From positions 153,829,741 to 153,893,740 of the forward strand of contig CM041465.1 of assembly GCA_023213395.1 (NCBI GenBank): 64,000 bases of DNA, given 5' to 3'. Position 1 is the first letter of the stretch, and the number at the start of each line of letters is the position of its first letter. Made by a program: the position numbers and the translations under genes. Origin of the DNA: Cycas panzhihuaensis (taxonomy: Eukaryota; Plantae; Cycadophyta). The notes beneath the pieces were generated by a model. It was not told where the DNA came from. It did not search any database and saw only the letters and a list, made by a program, of their open reading frames with translations. Positions 23,015 to 36,320 of the stretch are shown piece by piece.

Positions 23015-25705
23015 TATCTTACCCCTTTACAGTGTAACACTAGAAAATTTTTAAAATAAAATGCCATTTGACAGTGCTAAGTTATTGGTTTGAATATCTT
23101 GAAAAGGAAGGTCTCTCATAATAGGCATATATCTTAAGAAATGTCATAAAAGAGAAATAACTTTATAGTAGTAAAAGGACTTCACATATAGGAACTTGCA
23201 AGAGAAAGCCATCACCCACCTATAAAAGGGTCTTAATGGTAAGAAGGAATGGGCAGTTAATATGATTTGTGAGGAGATGGTCTTATGGGAAAGGTTGGTT
23301 GCAAGTAGGTAAAACTATTTATGGGACTATCATCTTGTAGGACTTTGATCTTACGTAAAAGGTGAGTTTCCTCACTTGCAAGTTAGAGGAAATAGAGGAC
23401 AATGGTTGAACAAAGTAGGTAGCTTATAGGAAAGATTACTCATGAGACAGCTTTCTTGCGAGGAACTACATCATTAAGTTATTTAACCAAAAGCATGTGA
23501 CACTTGTGCATCATGTACATCCTATAAAATAGGGGTTTCATTGGGGGTGACTTATAGAGTAGTGACATGAAATTTAGATCACTTATATGATAAGAGTAAT
23601 GAAGCCACTTGCATCACTAGCATACAAATAAATGTAAGGTGATAATAAGCATATAAGAAATAAGTGCATGTCAACAAGGTGGTAATTTATAGGGGTGGCT
23701 AAGATATGTATATTAATCACCGACATCTCATACCATGATTAAACTTTGATATGGAATATCTAGTAAGAACATTTAATATGAAGGCATAATCCATGGTAAA
23801 GGAAATAAAGGTCCTTTTATTAAGTAGGTATTGTATGGAAGCATCATATAGTACACAAGTGATTAAATGACAAGTCTAAGTATTATGGATGAGAATAAGT
23901 GCAAGGAAGATCTTAGAGGTATAGATCTATCATGTATGGTTGATCATCTCAAATTGAGTCTGTACCTAACTCAAGAAACTCAAACTAAGTTAGTAGTAAA
24001 CATGAATAAGTTAAATTGCCCATATACTTCACCTAGGATGGTTAAATCTTGGCAAGAAAAAAGTTAAATGGGGTAGTTACTCATGATATAAGATGCATAG
24101 AGAAAATTTTTAATGAGTGCATTTTCATTTACTCTATAATAAATTGACATATTTAGTTATCTTTATATATTTGATGAATAAATCTAATGACATCAATATT
24201 CAAGCTCTTAATGGCTAAAATAGAATTCGTTAAGACTTATATTTTATTGAATTTTGAATTATCATGCATATTCTTATTTTCCTATAAGGTTGTAAGAATT
24301 AAATTAATGATTAATAGTCCCTCCAATATAATGGCTACTTTGGCACAAAAGAATTGTTGATGATAAGTGGGCTACGCAGGAAAAGTATAAAAAGATTATA
24401 GTAAGTAAAAGTAAGAGAGAGAATGGGGAAGAGGAGATGAAGCTTGAGAAGAGGAATTCCCCTTAATTATTCTAATTCCTTTTAAGCAAAACTTGTGAAA
24501 GAATTTTCTCTTTCTTGCTCCTCTTAGACATGATGTAGCCATGTAGTGCTTAATTTCTTTATTTTGCTATTATACTTATAATTAGTAAATTTGACGCTTC
24601 TAAGATCTTTTTCATCATATCTTATCTTCTTCCCTTATACTCTTTTATCTTCTTCTTTTCTCATTATGGGATATTATGTGAAAGACTTTATACTCAATAG
24701 ATTCATAGATCCATAATGACTTTAAGTATGCACGGAGAAGTTACTAAAGTCCTATGGTGCCTCTTCTGTTAGTTTGGATCCAAGAGAACTTTTCGGTAGC
24801 AACTGGCACCTAGTAATTTTCCTTATAGATAAGTTTTTCAAAATTCATTATCCCATTATTGTAATACATTTAACTTTTCAATAAATCAATACAATGGCTC
24901 TATTTTTCTATAAAATCTATTATGACATGGTCAAGTGGTTTGATGATAAATGGGCTATATTTTATTTAAGGATTAAAACATATTTTTTTTCTTTCAAATG
25001 ATGGTCTATTTAAGGCATGGCCTGCAAATCCCCATGAGATTTATTGTTAAGAGCATATAAATGTGTGTTAGTCAATGTTAGTTACATTGCATGATGGGAT
25101 TATGGGTTATTAAAGGCATATAATTTCCTTTATAAATGCAATTATGGGTGATGTGAGCAGTTAGCAATTTGCAACTACCTACAGACCTATTATGGTATTT
25201 CCTTCTCTTTCTTCCTACATGTTAGGTTTTATATTAGGTTTTATAAGTGGATAACACCCCATGACTACTATAAGTTTTGGCATTTTATTAGCATAATTAT
25301 TTTGTTCATATAAGCATTGGTATTCCCAAGAGATTTTGCATGAAATTAGTAAATTATAATGATAATAAATATGTCTTACTGTCATTGCTTTTATTTCATT
25401 AATTATTTTCACTTATTATTTCACTTTCAAAATGACATTGCATAATGGTTTCATACCTCTAATAAAGTTCTAGAATAACCAGAGTATTAATCTATTTTAT
25501 GATTAGTAAGGGTCAATAGTATAATGAAGCATTAAGTTAGGAATTGTTTAAAGAGGATCACCATCTGGGATTAATTATTTCTAGCTATTGTTATAATCTG
25601 CATAGGCAACCCATACTTTCTTGGTGTTAACCTTTTGAACACACAAATGAGTTCAATATAAGGTACCTTGGCCAAAGTTCTATGAGTAGTTAATGTAAGG
25701 GGATA
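23015..25705 (+). repeat. 3' LTR (~2.7 kb) of the gag-only element
   Basis: Partner of 7613-10302; preceded by a purine-rich tract. Confidence 0.82.
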
Positions 25706-26299
25706 ATAGTATATAAATGAAGTTATGGTGTGATGATGTGACAACTCAAAGATCAAAGTTTTATATAGGAGGAAAATAATAATGAGAAAGAACATAATTT
25801 TTAGAAAAATTAATTAAAACATTACAAATTAACCCAAAATATATATATATACATAAATGAAGTGGAATTGAACCATTATAGGTGGTCTTAACCCTACAGG
25901 AACACTACACAAGAGGTACGCATGGCAGGTTTTGAAAGAGGATTGAGCAAAGTGTTGTTAGAAGTCAAAGCTTCTTTTGATTAATGTATTATTACAAATT
26001 AAATCATTAACCATTTTAAGAAGTAGAAAAACATATGTTTTACACATAATTAGATTAGAAATCACTTCATAATATTTGTTAGATCATAAAGTAAAAATCC
26101 ATACTTAACAACATTGGTATGGCCCATAAGTTAGTAAACAACTATAAATATTAATTATTATATGAGTTTATCCTAGAAAATATTTCAATAGAAAAAGGTG
26201 TTAAAGGTAGAGATAAATAACACATGTATATTACTATGCCTTATGATTGCTTATATACCTTCTATTATATCCATTTGATTTCCCCATTATGAGGGATCA

Positions 26300-27130
26300 T
26301 AACTAGTTTTCTCATCTATTTTAGAGTTGCTATTTTTCTAAATAAATTTGGTCCCGAGTGTATGATCAACTTGTTGTTATATGTTTTTAAGCCTTTGATG
26401 CTCCCTTTCTTATCTTTTCTTAGTAGGGTTCAAGATACTAGAGTATGGAATATTATTATTATTGACAAAGGTTATCATGATTCTTAGCATATTTTACATA
26501 TTAATATCCTTTAATAACTATTGAAAGTGCATAAACTTGGTTTATTTGAAGGTAGAATTCCTTTTTTATCTATCCCATATTTCTTTTACTTTATTCTAAT
26601 ACATTTTTAAAGTTTATATAAAAAAGAAAATGCACATGCCAGTAATATGATCAAATAACTCTTTTTTATCATCTTTACATACATCAATGCTAAAGACTCT
26701 TTATTCTTATATAGGCTTCTTATCATACGAAGTGATGGGTAAGATATATGTCCTTCTTCAACCGATGGTTTAGGTGCATTCTTATTATCTCCTTTTTACC
26801 ATTACAATAATATAAGGGAATGGGCTATTATTCATGTTTAAGTGGCCCTTCCTAATTATATTCTTACCTAAGATATTACCTAGATTGTGCAACCTCCAAA
26901 TTGGGAATGTGTATCATCATGAATGTATCTTGAGGAGGTAGGTGACAGTAGGGACCACTCTTTTATCTTCAATGACTTAGTGAAAAAATAAAAAAGTGGT
27001 TAATGTGCCTTTTACGTTATTGGTTTTATTTGTGGTTTTAAGATTTTGAGTAATTAAACCTTGTGCACTAATTTCATCCAACTATTTATATTTTCTTATT
27101 AAGCCACCTTGTTCTTATTGGCCTTTATTA
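26300..27130 (-). mobile_element. Highly decayed L1-type LINE ORF2 C-terminal fragment (tentative)
   Basis: Minus-strand motifs in the expected order: P*EQGGL (~27110), W..LV.K, W..IKKGILPS (~26560), TRDQIY (~26350). Confidence 0.35.
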
Positions 27131-29496
27131 TATAGAGATTTCCTTTTAGTGTTTTAGATAATCGTAAAGGCTACTAACTTGTTTAGAATAATTTAAGAGG
27201 AATTATGATAGTCTAATATACATCTCTTTTGATAAATATTATATTGATTTTAGTCAATAAAGAGGGGAAAGATAAATAAATTAGTAAAGGCATTTATGTA
27301 CTATATTTAGTTAAATAATTAGAATAATTATTGATTATAGAGTATACTAGACTATATTTTTTTCATTAGTGATAAACTTAACCTAATATTAAATAAGAAA
27401 CATATTTCTTTTACTCAACATATTATCATGATTTAAAAAAAAAAATCATTAGCTAGTGTAAGATTAGTTATGTATTTATAGTTTTAGATGCCATAAGAAT
27501 TGTTATAGAGGACCCATTTACATGAATAAGAAGAAATTATTTTATTGAATAAGATAGTTTGCTATTAGTCCCATAAGATTCAAATTGTAGGGATCAATCC
27601 ATATCTAAGTGATGGCCATTATGCCACCACATCAATGATCATAAAGAGATGTCATGTAACTCCCATATCTAGTTTCTTAATTTGATTGTCCTTAAGATGA
27701 AAACTTCCACAGAATAATATTAATTGATAAAGAGAATAATTTTATAAATTTATATTGTAGAGTGAAAAATGTTACTTGGATGCTCTAATATATTCTTCGT
27801 TAACATTTTGACTAATTATTACAAATTAATATTCTTTTATTAGGCCCCAAAAACTACATTTTCATTGCCTCTATTAACTCATTTTTCCCAAAATGCATTA
27901 TGGTATAATTTATAAGGCATACACATAGGAAAGAAATGCTTATAATATTACAATGTGATTAAAGATTCTCCTCTTAGGATATAACTAAAATCATCACTTA
28001 TCTTATTATTTTGTAATAATGATTCCCCTATAAATTTGTTGAAGTTAAGAAATTTATCAATCATCTCCTCTTATATTTCATCCTCTTATAATATATGTAA
28101 TAAATTAAAAAAGTATGATATAAGTGTAATTTGAGATATGAAAATAAAAGATGTTTAAATTCTAAGTCATTAATAAAATAAATCATTTTAAGAAAATCAT
28201 TATAACACATTAATTAGAAATAACATCCATGCATGTGATATATGTTACATATTTTCATATTATAGAATTAGACTATAGGTGACATGTTTATAGATTATAT
28301 TCCCAATGAAAGTAATCATGCACTCGTTAGATTATTTAAGTTCGCTTGAGTCTTCATCTCTTTGTATATGAAATATGATATTGGTAATGACCTTGTAAAG
28401 TATAAATGAAAAATATCCTCCTTAAAATTATCCTCGTCTTATTATATTTAACTATCACTTCAAGAAAATTATTGCCATAGAACTAAACTAAGGTTAAATA
28501 ATGAGAAATAACAAAACTGACAAATTAAAAGTGAAATAATACGCTACACTTGACCTTAAAATTAAGAAAAAGAAAAATAGATAATCCAGGTTGTAGTAAT
28601 ATCCTTGAAGAAATATTAATTCAATGGGAAAAGAAAAGGTGAATTGATAGTGCTTTTGCAATTTTCATTTTACCATAATACATAGACATCATGTTCATAC
28701 GACTGTTGTTATATTATTTAGCTATTCATTAACATATATGTATAAAGTACATGTAGCCTTGAAAAATATAACTAGTTGTTCTAGCAAATAATAGACGTGT
28801 AATTGGACATAATCTTTAGATATTTGCATTTTTTTAGAAAGGAACTAATTAATTCTCAACCTTAAACTTCTCACATTGAAGTGACTATTTCCATTTTATT
28901 TATTGCTTTTATAAATCACGATTATTATGTTGAAGGAGGTAAATTACAAAGTAACATTAATATAAGGTATCTTATAAATACATCCCCCCATATGTATATT
29001 TGTTTTATTAAATTGTTGGCTTAAGAAAAGTCTTAAAGCATGACTGTTTTATAAAATTCTAGATATTTAGCAAATCTTTTCAATACTTAAAATTGTAAAT
29101 ATATATCTTAAAGTTTCATTTAAAACATTATAATTGACTATTAGTTTATAGGAGGATTTCCTCTCTACTTGATAAATATAATAAGAGTTTTTATCATGTC
29201 AGTTTTAGAGAATAAGTTTTTTTAAGTTGAATTTTTTATAAATTTACTTGTAAATTTATAAAAAATAGGCAATAAACAAAAATAACCCATGAACTTTTCC
29301 AATAAAGTGGGATCCATTGAAGCAAATAGCTTTTGCTTGGAGAAACTTCGTTCCGAGAAGAAAACGAACACTTTTGAATGGTGATTTGGTTCTATATTTT
29401 TGTATTTTTAATGCAATGACTCCTTTAAGCATCCTGCCATGTACACACACGCCAAGAAAAAACGTATGATTCTACCTTATATAGTAGGGGCACGAT

Positions 29497-29670
29497 ATAG
29501 TACATATCGTAACGTACAAGATTACAGACATCCGACCGTTGATCGCATCCGAATCTTCCTATTCACAGTATCTGTAAGATACTTCATTATATTTGCGATT
29601 CTGTAGCAAAATAGTACATAACGTACTGGATTACAGACTGGTTGATCACATTGGAAGATCCCTTATTTTG
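29497..29670. repeat. Short imperfect duplication downstream of the PME stop
   Basis: ATAGTACATA..AACGTAC..GATTACAGAC..GTTGATC[G/A]CAT..CCT at ~29497 and ~29611. Confidence 0.7.
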
Positions 29671-29776
29671 GAAATATTTACCAAGGAGCGTGAAATTCAC
29701 TTCGTAGACTCTCTCCGAAGCGTCACTCTTATTTTACATATAGCTTTATAGCTTTTAGAGTATGTAGCAGTCAAAT

Positions 29777-31705
29777 TCATCCTATCAGACCAGATTGGTA
29801 GACAACACCGGTGGAGGGTAGCCATGCGTTCCCAGATATAAATTCAGCTACGGTGAATTTACTGGCTTCTTCTGCGGATGTGATCACTCGATACCCAGGC
29901 CATGTAACACGCCTTGAAGTATCTGCTCCGGGGCCGGAGTTCATATATTCACCGTAGTACAAGGTCTTCAAAGCAAAACTTCCGGACCATTCGAACCAAC
30001 CGGCAGGATTGATTAGATCATCAAGGGTAGACTGCAGATACACCGTGCGAGAGTACTCTTTCCATGGCCTCCCCAAGTATGTTGGGAAAGAACTCTTTAC
30101 CGGGGTCAGATCGGAGGCTGCCGTGACCCTGCAACTGTGGATGGAGAAACCCGTGTTCTGGTTCGGATCGGTTCGGCCCTGGGCCGTGATAAAATTCATC
30201 TGTCCACTTCTTGGTTTGCGAACCAATATGTTACAACTCTGGAACACCGACGCGGCGTTGCCAAAGATGAAATCTACAGTGCCATAGATATCGCACTCTC
30301 TGTAAAATTGGCGATGAGTGTGCGCAAAGAGGGTGTCTTGGTAACCCCTGATACTGCAACGATACAGTACCGATAGATCCGATGCAACTCGTAGTGCAAC
30401 CGCCTGGTTCTGATCCGGGCCTGCCGTGTTCTCAAAAGTCATATCGCGGGCAATGAATCCCTCCCCTGTTGCAGCTGCAATTCACAATCGAATCATTTAG
30501 TCGAAAAGTAGAAACTATGACAAAGCATACATTACAGTGCTCTGTGCTACGAAGGCCTTTTTAAGCTACGGCGATGAAACTAGAGGTTTACCAAGAGTAG
30601 CCGTCAATTTGGTAGAACCCCCGTCAAAGCTTTTGCTCCCCGTCACAACCGTAACATCCTTCCCGTCTCCAATAAGCATGATATTATGTTTAGATACGAC
30701 AACCTTCTCGGCGTAGACTCCGGCCTTCACGTGGATTGTATATCTGCCGTTGTTCTTAGCGGGGGCGGCGTCTACTGCCTCTGTAATAGTCTTGTAATTC
30801 CCGGTACCGTCCTGGGACACGACCGCGTCAGCTTGTATGCCCCGTTGGGGTGCTTGAAGAAGCCTCCTGTCTGCCGAGGACAACCATACCGGAAATCCGT
30901 CAACGATAGAACCGTAGTTCGATAAGAATTCGTTACTGAATCTCGTTACCGTAGAGCCGATCGGATTGGATAAGAGACGACGGTTGCGGGAAGTGACGGC
31001 AAGATGTTCCCCGTCGCTTCCGACGATAGGAATGTTGTTGGCAAGTGCGAGAGCATTACTGACAAGTTTGGAAAGGTTCTGCAGCCTGTCGCTGACCACA
31101 GATTTAGCGTTTCCGTCTGAACCTTGGAACCCGTCAATGCAGGTCTCCTGATTGGTGAGACACGCGCTAAGCCGTGTCTGCAAATCGCCGGCCTGCTGCT
31201 TCGTTGTCGCTTCTGCGTTCAAAGTCATTAAATCCAGGAGAGAGTCGTTGAGGTGGAGTGTCGTATATCCGAACAGCTCGATGCAATCTCGGACGGCAGC
31301 CAGGTAATTATGATCCGTCGGGTGCCGACTCATCTCAGTGGTAAGAGATGAGACCGCTTTAACTTCGTCCATCGCCACCTTGACGGCAATTTTGGCCAGA
31401 TCTTTGGCTGAGTCTGCCTTCAACGATTCCCGATGAGATACAAGGGTCGAAACGCAGACGTCCGGATACAACGTGACACCGCAGGCAGGTTCCACAACCT
31501 TGGATGACATCTGCCTTCGATCATATATTCTTCTGCCATGATTAGACTGCACATTTCCGATGGCTACAGAGGCGCCAACGACGAGAAGGACCATGAGAGC
31601 CAACACGGGCACGAGGATATGCTTAAGGAAAAACTTTCCGGCCTGCTCTTGATTCGTCTGTGGAACGCTGGGATCATATTTCTTGTCAAACCTTACGGAA
31701 TACAT
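29777..31705 (-). CDS. PME: Pectinesterase / pectin methylesterase with PMEI pro-domain (group 2, type I); exons 31705-30592 and 30474-29777, 603 aa
   Basis: N-terminal hydrophobic anchor; PMEI domain (CGVTLYPDVC, DCIEL, LSACLTNQETC); RRLL x2; GNYKTITEAV, GVYAE, QAVAL, YQDTL, DFIFG, LGRPW intact. Phase-1 GT-AG intron restores TATLAATGEGFIARDMTFENTAG. First in-frame ATG at 31705 (the track's 31771 start is TTG). Confidence 0.97.
30475..30591 (-). other. Spliceosomal intron, 117 bp
   Basis: G|GTAAAC...TTGCAG|CT; splicing keeps the frame (1114+698 nt = 604 codons). Confidence 0.95.
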
Positions 31706-31929
31706 CTTCTCTGGTCTTGCACAAATCACAGTCCAAGACTGGTAATTTCGTCGGTCTTGGCCTGCATTCAAATACAGAAAGTATGAGAAGACGGATTACA
31801 ACCGTCAAATGCAGCTTGCATCGAAGAATGATGATCAGTCCTAGAAGATGGGCGAATACTCTGTGGTAGGGTGGACATGGGCAGTAATCATGCGCAGAGG
31901 CTGTTCATGGATTCTTTCCTAGAATTGAA

Positions 31930-31936
31930 TTTATAA
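31930..31936 (-). promoter_or_regulatory. Candidate TATA box of PME
   Basis: TATAAAT on the minus strand ~225 bp upstream of the ATG. Confidence 0.45.
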
Positions 31937-32386
31937 TTTAATTCTGGTTTAACTCGGTGACGATAATCAGTCCAGTTGCTGAATAATAGATGCAAGGCTG
32001 TCCTAAAGTGATCGAGATAAGAAGCAGGTAGCGCGTCGTTGTTGAGGACGTGGGCGTGTATGTCTTTTAATTGTGTGAGGGGCCTTAAGCGTTTCGTTGG
32101 AAGTTGCTCGGTGCGTCTCTCATTGAGCAATCTCCTTCAACCAGGTTTTCGAATCGATTCGGATGGAGAATTTTAGAAGCACTCTGCTATTCTGTCCTTC
32201 GGTGGGGGATAATTTGTCGTTGTGCACCGTACTCAGGATATTGATATTGAGTGGACGCGCAGGGAGCGCTGCCTTAGAACATGTGCCCATCCAGAAATAA
32301 TTAACATATTTTACTGGTTGGTATGATCGGGACTACAAGGTGCTTTAAATTTCAATTTAAAGTCGAGAAACAAGAATAAAGTGGAC

Positions 32387-32594
32387 GTGGATTTGAGGGA
32401 TGAAATTTCAAAGCTTCCGAAGGAGGCGCTATTGAGGCTAGACTATTTGTGGGGTGTGGATATGAGGGATGAAATTTCAAAGCTTAAGAGGAGACGCAAT
32501 TGACCGTAGAGTATTTGTGTGGTATGGATTTGAGGGATGAAATTCCAAAGCCTTTAAAGGAGCAACTATTGACCCTAGAGTATTTGTGGGGTAT
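32387..32594. repeat. Minisatellite, 3 x 68-69 bp, upstream of PME
   Basis: TGGAT[T/A]TGAGGGATGAAATT[T/C]CAAAGC...TTGA...TAGA[C/G]TATTTGTG at 32387, 32456, 32524. Confidence 0.92.
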
Positions 32595-34649
32595 CTTCGG
32601 TCTAATCATAAGCTCACTCATTTATTTTGAGTTGAACTTTTGGCCTTGCAATAAACAAGGGTATCATTCATGTCCCCATCTAAATGAAGAAGCGTCTAGA
32701 ATCACAAAATGGAATAGGACAATATGGGGTTCTTGCAAGAGTGTAATTTGGTAGGTTGGATTAAAATGAAAATAACCCCGTGACAAACTCTAGTTCAATT
32801 TTAATAATAGCAATGCTTTTGCATTTTGTTATTTTGTTTTCTTTTTTTTTTGGTTGAGTATGATTTCTATAATAAACATTTTTTTTGTACTAATGTGATT
32901 GATATCATTTATAGAAATAATACTGAAAGAAGGAAAGGAAGATGCATATAATTATGATTATCATTTGTAATTTAGTTTATTTCTTTTTTAAAACAATTGC
33001 ACTCATAATGATAACTACAAGCCATAGCCATAGGGTGGCATATGTCCTCATGACCATGAATTCATAAAGAATGACCAAATAAAGCTATATAATTCAAATT
33101 ACATATATAATTTATTAAAAAGTATCATTATACCCAAATTTAAATGTGGTACATGTATATTTATTTTTCATTAATTAATATGCATAATAATTTCTTAAAA
33201 TATATTAACTAGATCCATTCTACACATGTTATTATTTCAAGTTACTTTTTCTAGGAATTTTGTGCAATGTATAAGTTGTTATGATCTAATAATCTATTTA
33301 TTTTGTTTCTACATATGACATTATGAGAAAGGTATTTTTCCATCTATGATTAATTTAGTTATGATCTCTTTTTAATATTGTCGATGTGATTGTCATATCT
33401 ATTTACTTAATGATTTGAGTTGAATGGTTTAAAAATATATTAGCTTATTACAATTGTTTATAAGAAGAGGGGGCTTTGCTTATCTTAGTGCGACATCGAA
33501 AGCCAAGATATACCTAAGAAGAAAGAGACAAGTCTTGTGCTACAATACCATCATCCTATGTATGGCAAAAATATATGATGATTTTCAGTTAGGAAGAGTT
33601 ATTGTCTCACAACATATACAAATATTCCTTCTTTTCTTCTGCTAAAAATAATCAAATTGTATACAAAAGAGGCTCTTACTCTATTTGATGTTCGATGAAC
33701 ACCTTTGCTTAATGATAAATCCTTGTTATTGCACATGTGATTCCTCTCTGTTCTTTGACCTACAAGATGATATCATAAGGGAAAACTATCAAGTCATACA
33801 TTAATCTATTAAAAGAATTTAAATCTCAAATAAGAAAGGAATTCAAGAGTTATTTCTATGAAGAAATACTAAACTTATATTGATAGGATCTTGATCCTAC
33901 ACATTAAGTATTTAAAGAATAATATATGAGTATTTATATGGGAAACCCTTATGGGAGAAAAGTCCATAATCAAGCTCATAGTAATTTTATTATATTAAAA
34001 ATATTACTAGATCTTGTGACCTATTAGGATAACTTAACCATGGTGGGCAAACCTATATGGGCTCGATGCACCTTGATACACCTATACTATATGACTTGTA
34101 TTTATCAATTCTTGTTTGTTATTTGAACAATTATATGGGATTTATATTTATAATATTCCAAGAGGATCATTCAACCAATGGCTACAACTCTTTGTATGTC
34201 TTATGATATTTCACCACGTCTCATGACTCTTCATCATGTTCTATCAAATTCTCAATACTCCTGTCTCTTTCTATCTCATAATTAAACCATGAGTTATTAA
34301 CCTAACACAAAGTTATCTTTAATTAAGTTTGCTAAGAACCTTCCCCCTCCCCTTAATGTGAATGCGAGATCATAACTTCTAGTTAGTTCCATTATCACAG
34401 ATAAAGGTAGAAATTGTCCTTACTAGCATGTCTATATTTAACACCCAACCCTACATCAAGGATAATTTTATTGAATCTAAACTGACACCCTTTGAAGTCC
34501 TCCAAAATACCTTTATATGGCTTATATACATACTGCATATTTGCAAAAGTCTCTAAACCTTTGAATTGGATTAATTTCCTCTCTTCAATGGTTTCTTTTG
34601 CGTTGAACTCACTATACACTGGTTTCATATTAATTTCTAGTTTTTTAAC

Positions 34650-34652
<3 letters not shown>

Positions 34653-34691
<39 letters not shown>

Positions 34692-34695
34692 TCCA

Positions 34696-34727
<32 letters not shown>

Positions 34728-34749
34728 CATGTATGTGTGTGTGTGTGTA
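34653..34749. repeat. Compound microsatellite (CT)n-(GT)n
   Basis: Directly visible. Confidence 0.97.
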
Positions 34750-35559
34750 TCGATTGGTTTTTTGTTGGGGGGGGAATGGTTACATTGGCTTCATTTATAA
34801 ATAATATACAACATTGTGGCTTCCCCTATACTCTTAGCAATAGCATAGGGCCTCACGTACCTTTAATATAACCCTCCATCATCTTTACATGCACCCATAT
34901 AGCCTCTTATCCCATAACATAACTTGAATACAACCTAAATGTTTATAATGGTACTTATAATAATGTAATTCTTAGCTTGATGAGTAAATATATATTTGAA
35001 TAGCTATATATACAAAACCTTACTTCAAACAGTTCAACATGGTCTAATCAATTTTTTAGTTTAACACATGCTTATTTGAGTGGCTCGTACGAATTTCATA
35101 GATACCACCATGGCCTTCATACTTCCTTAATGTTGACATAGTCTGCACGTAACTTCACTAACTAAACACTTTATGTGCAACTTATGAAGTATCACACATT
35201 TTAACCTTGTATACACATTCATCGAGGCATCTTTTAATATCTTTAGATGATTGTAAAACCCTTCTACACTACGTTCATTTCATTGAGAAAATTTTACACC
35301 TTTTAAATAAGCTAGTGTAGTTCCTCACTTAAAATATGTATAGATGTAGACTCCATGATAGCTTACCTATGGTTTCCACTTCAAATACAACCTTACATTA
35401 ACTTCATACGTCTCTAAATTACATCTATCTTTTAAAAAATAACTCTACAATACTAATCTTCTAGATTTCATCAATAAGTACCATGCTAGCATTATTAGAG
35501 GCTTATATTTGACTGCAATAGTCCTTAACTTCTTTCTCATCATCACTGCATATTACCTT

Positions 35560-36320
<761 letters not shown>

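Larger units (their letters stand above)
7613..25705 (+). mobile_element. Non-autonomous gag-only LTR element (TR-GAG/LARD-like) with ~2.7 kb LTRs, interrupted by a Gypsy
   Basis: Colinear direct repeats ~7613-10302 and ~23015-25705 (2690/2691 bp). Purine tract AAATTAAAGAGG precedes the right copy. Own internal region is only ~2.1 kb, with a gag motif and no recognisable pol. TSD not found; ends uncertain by ~20 bp. Confidence 0.8.

Noticed and set aside
31706-31771. 22-aa N-terminal extension of PME in the ORF track
   Set aside because: Starts at TTG; the first in-frame ATG is at 31705.
30009-31869. Plus-strand and alternate-frame ORFs over PME
   Set aside because: Shadow ORFs expected from GC-rich coding sequence.
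32387-32594. CRISPR-like appearance of spaced repeats (also 18427-18725)
   Set aside because: Whole units are homologous with no unique spacers; eukaryotic context and no cas genes.
34395-34800. 111-aa and 102-aa ORFs
   Set aside because: Kept open by (CT)n/(GT)n tracts; only a Copia RNase H tail trace is meaningful.
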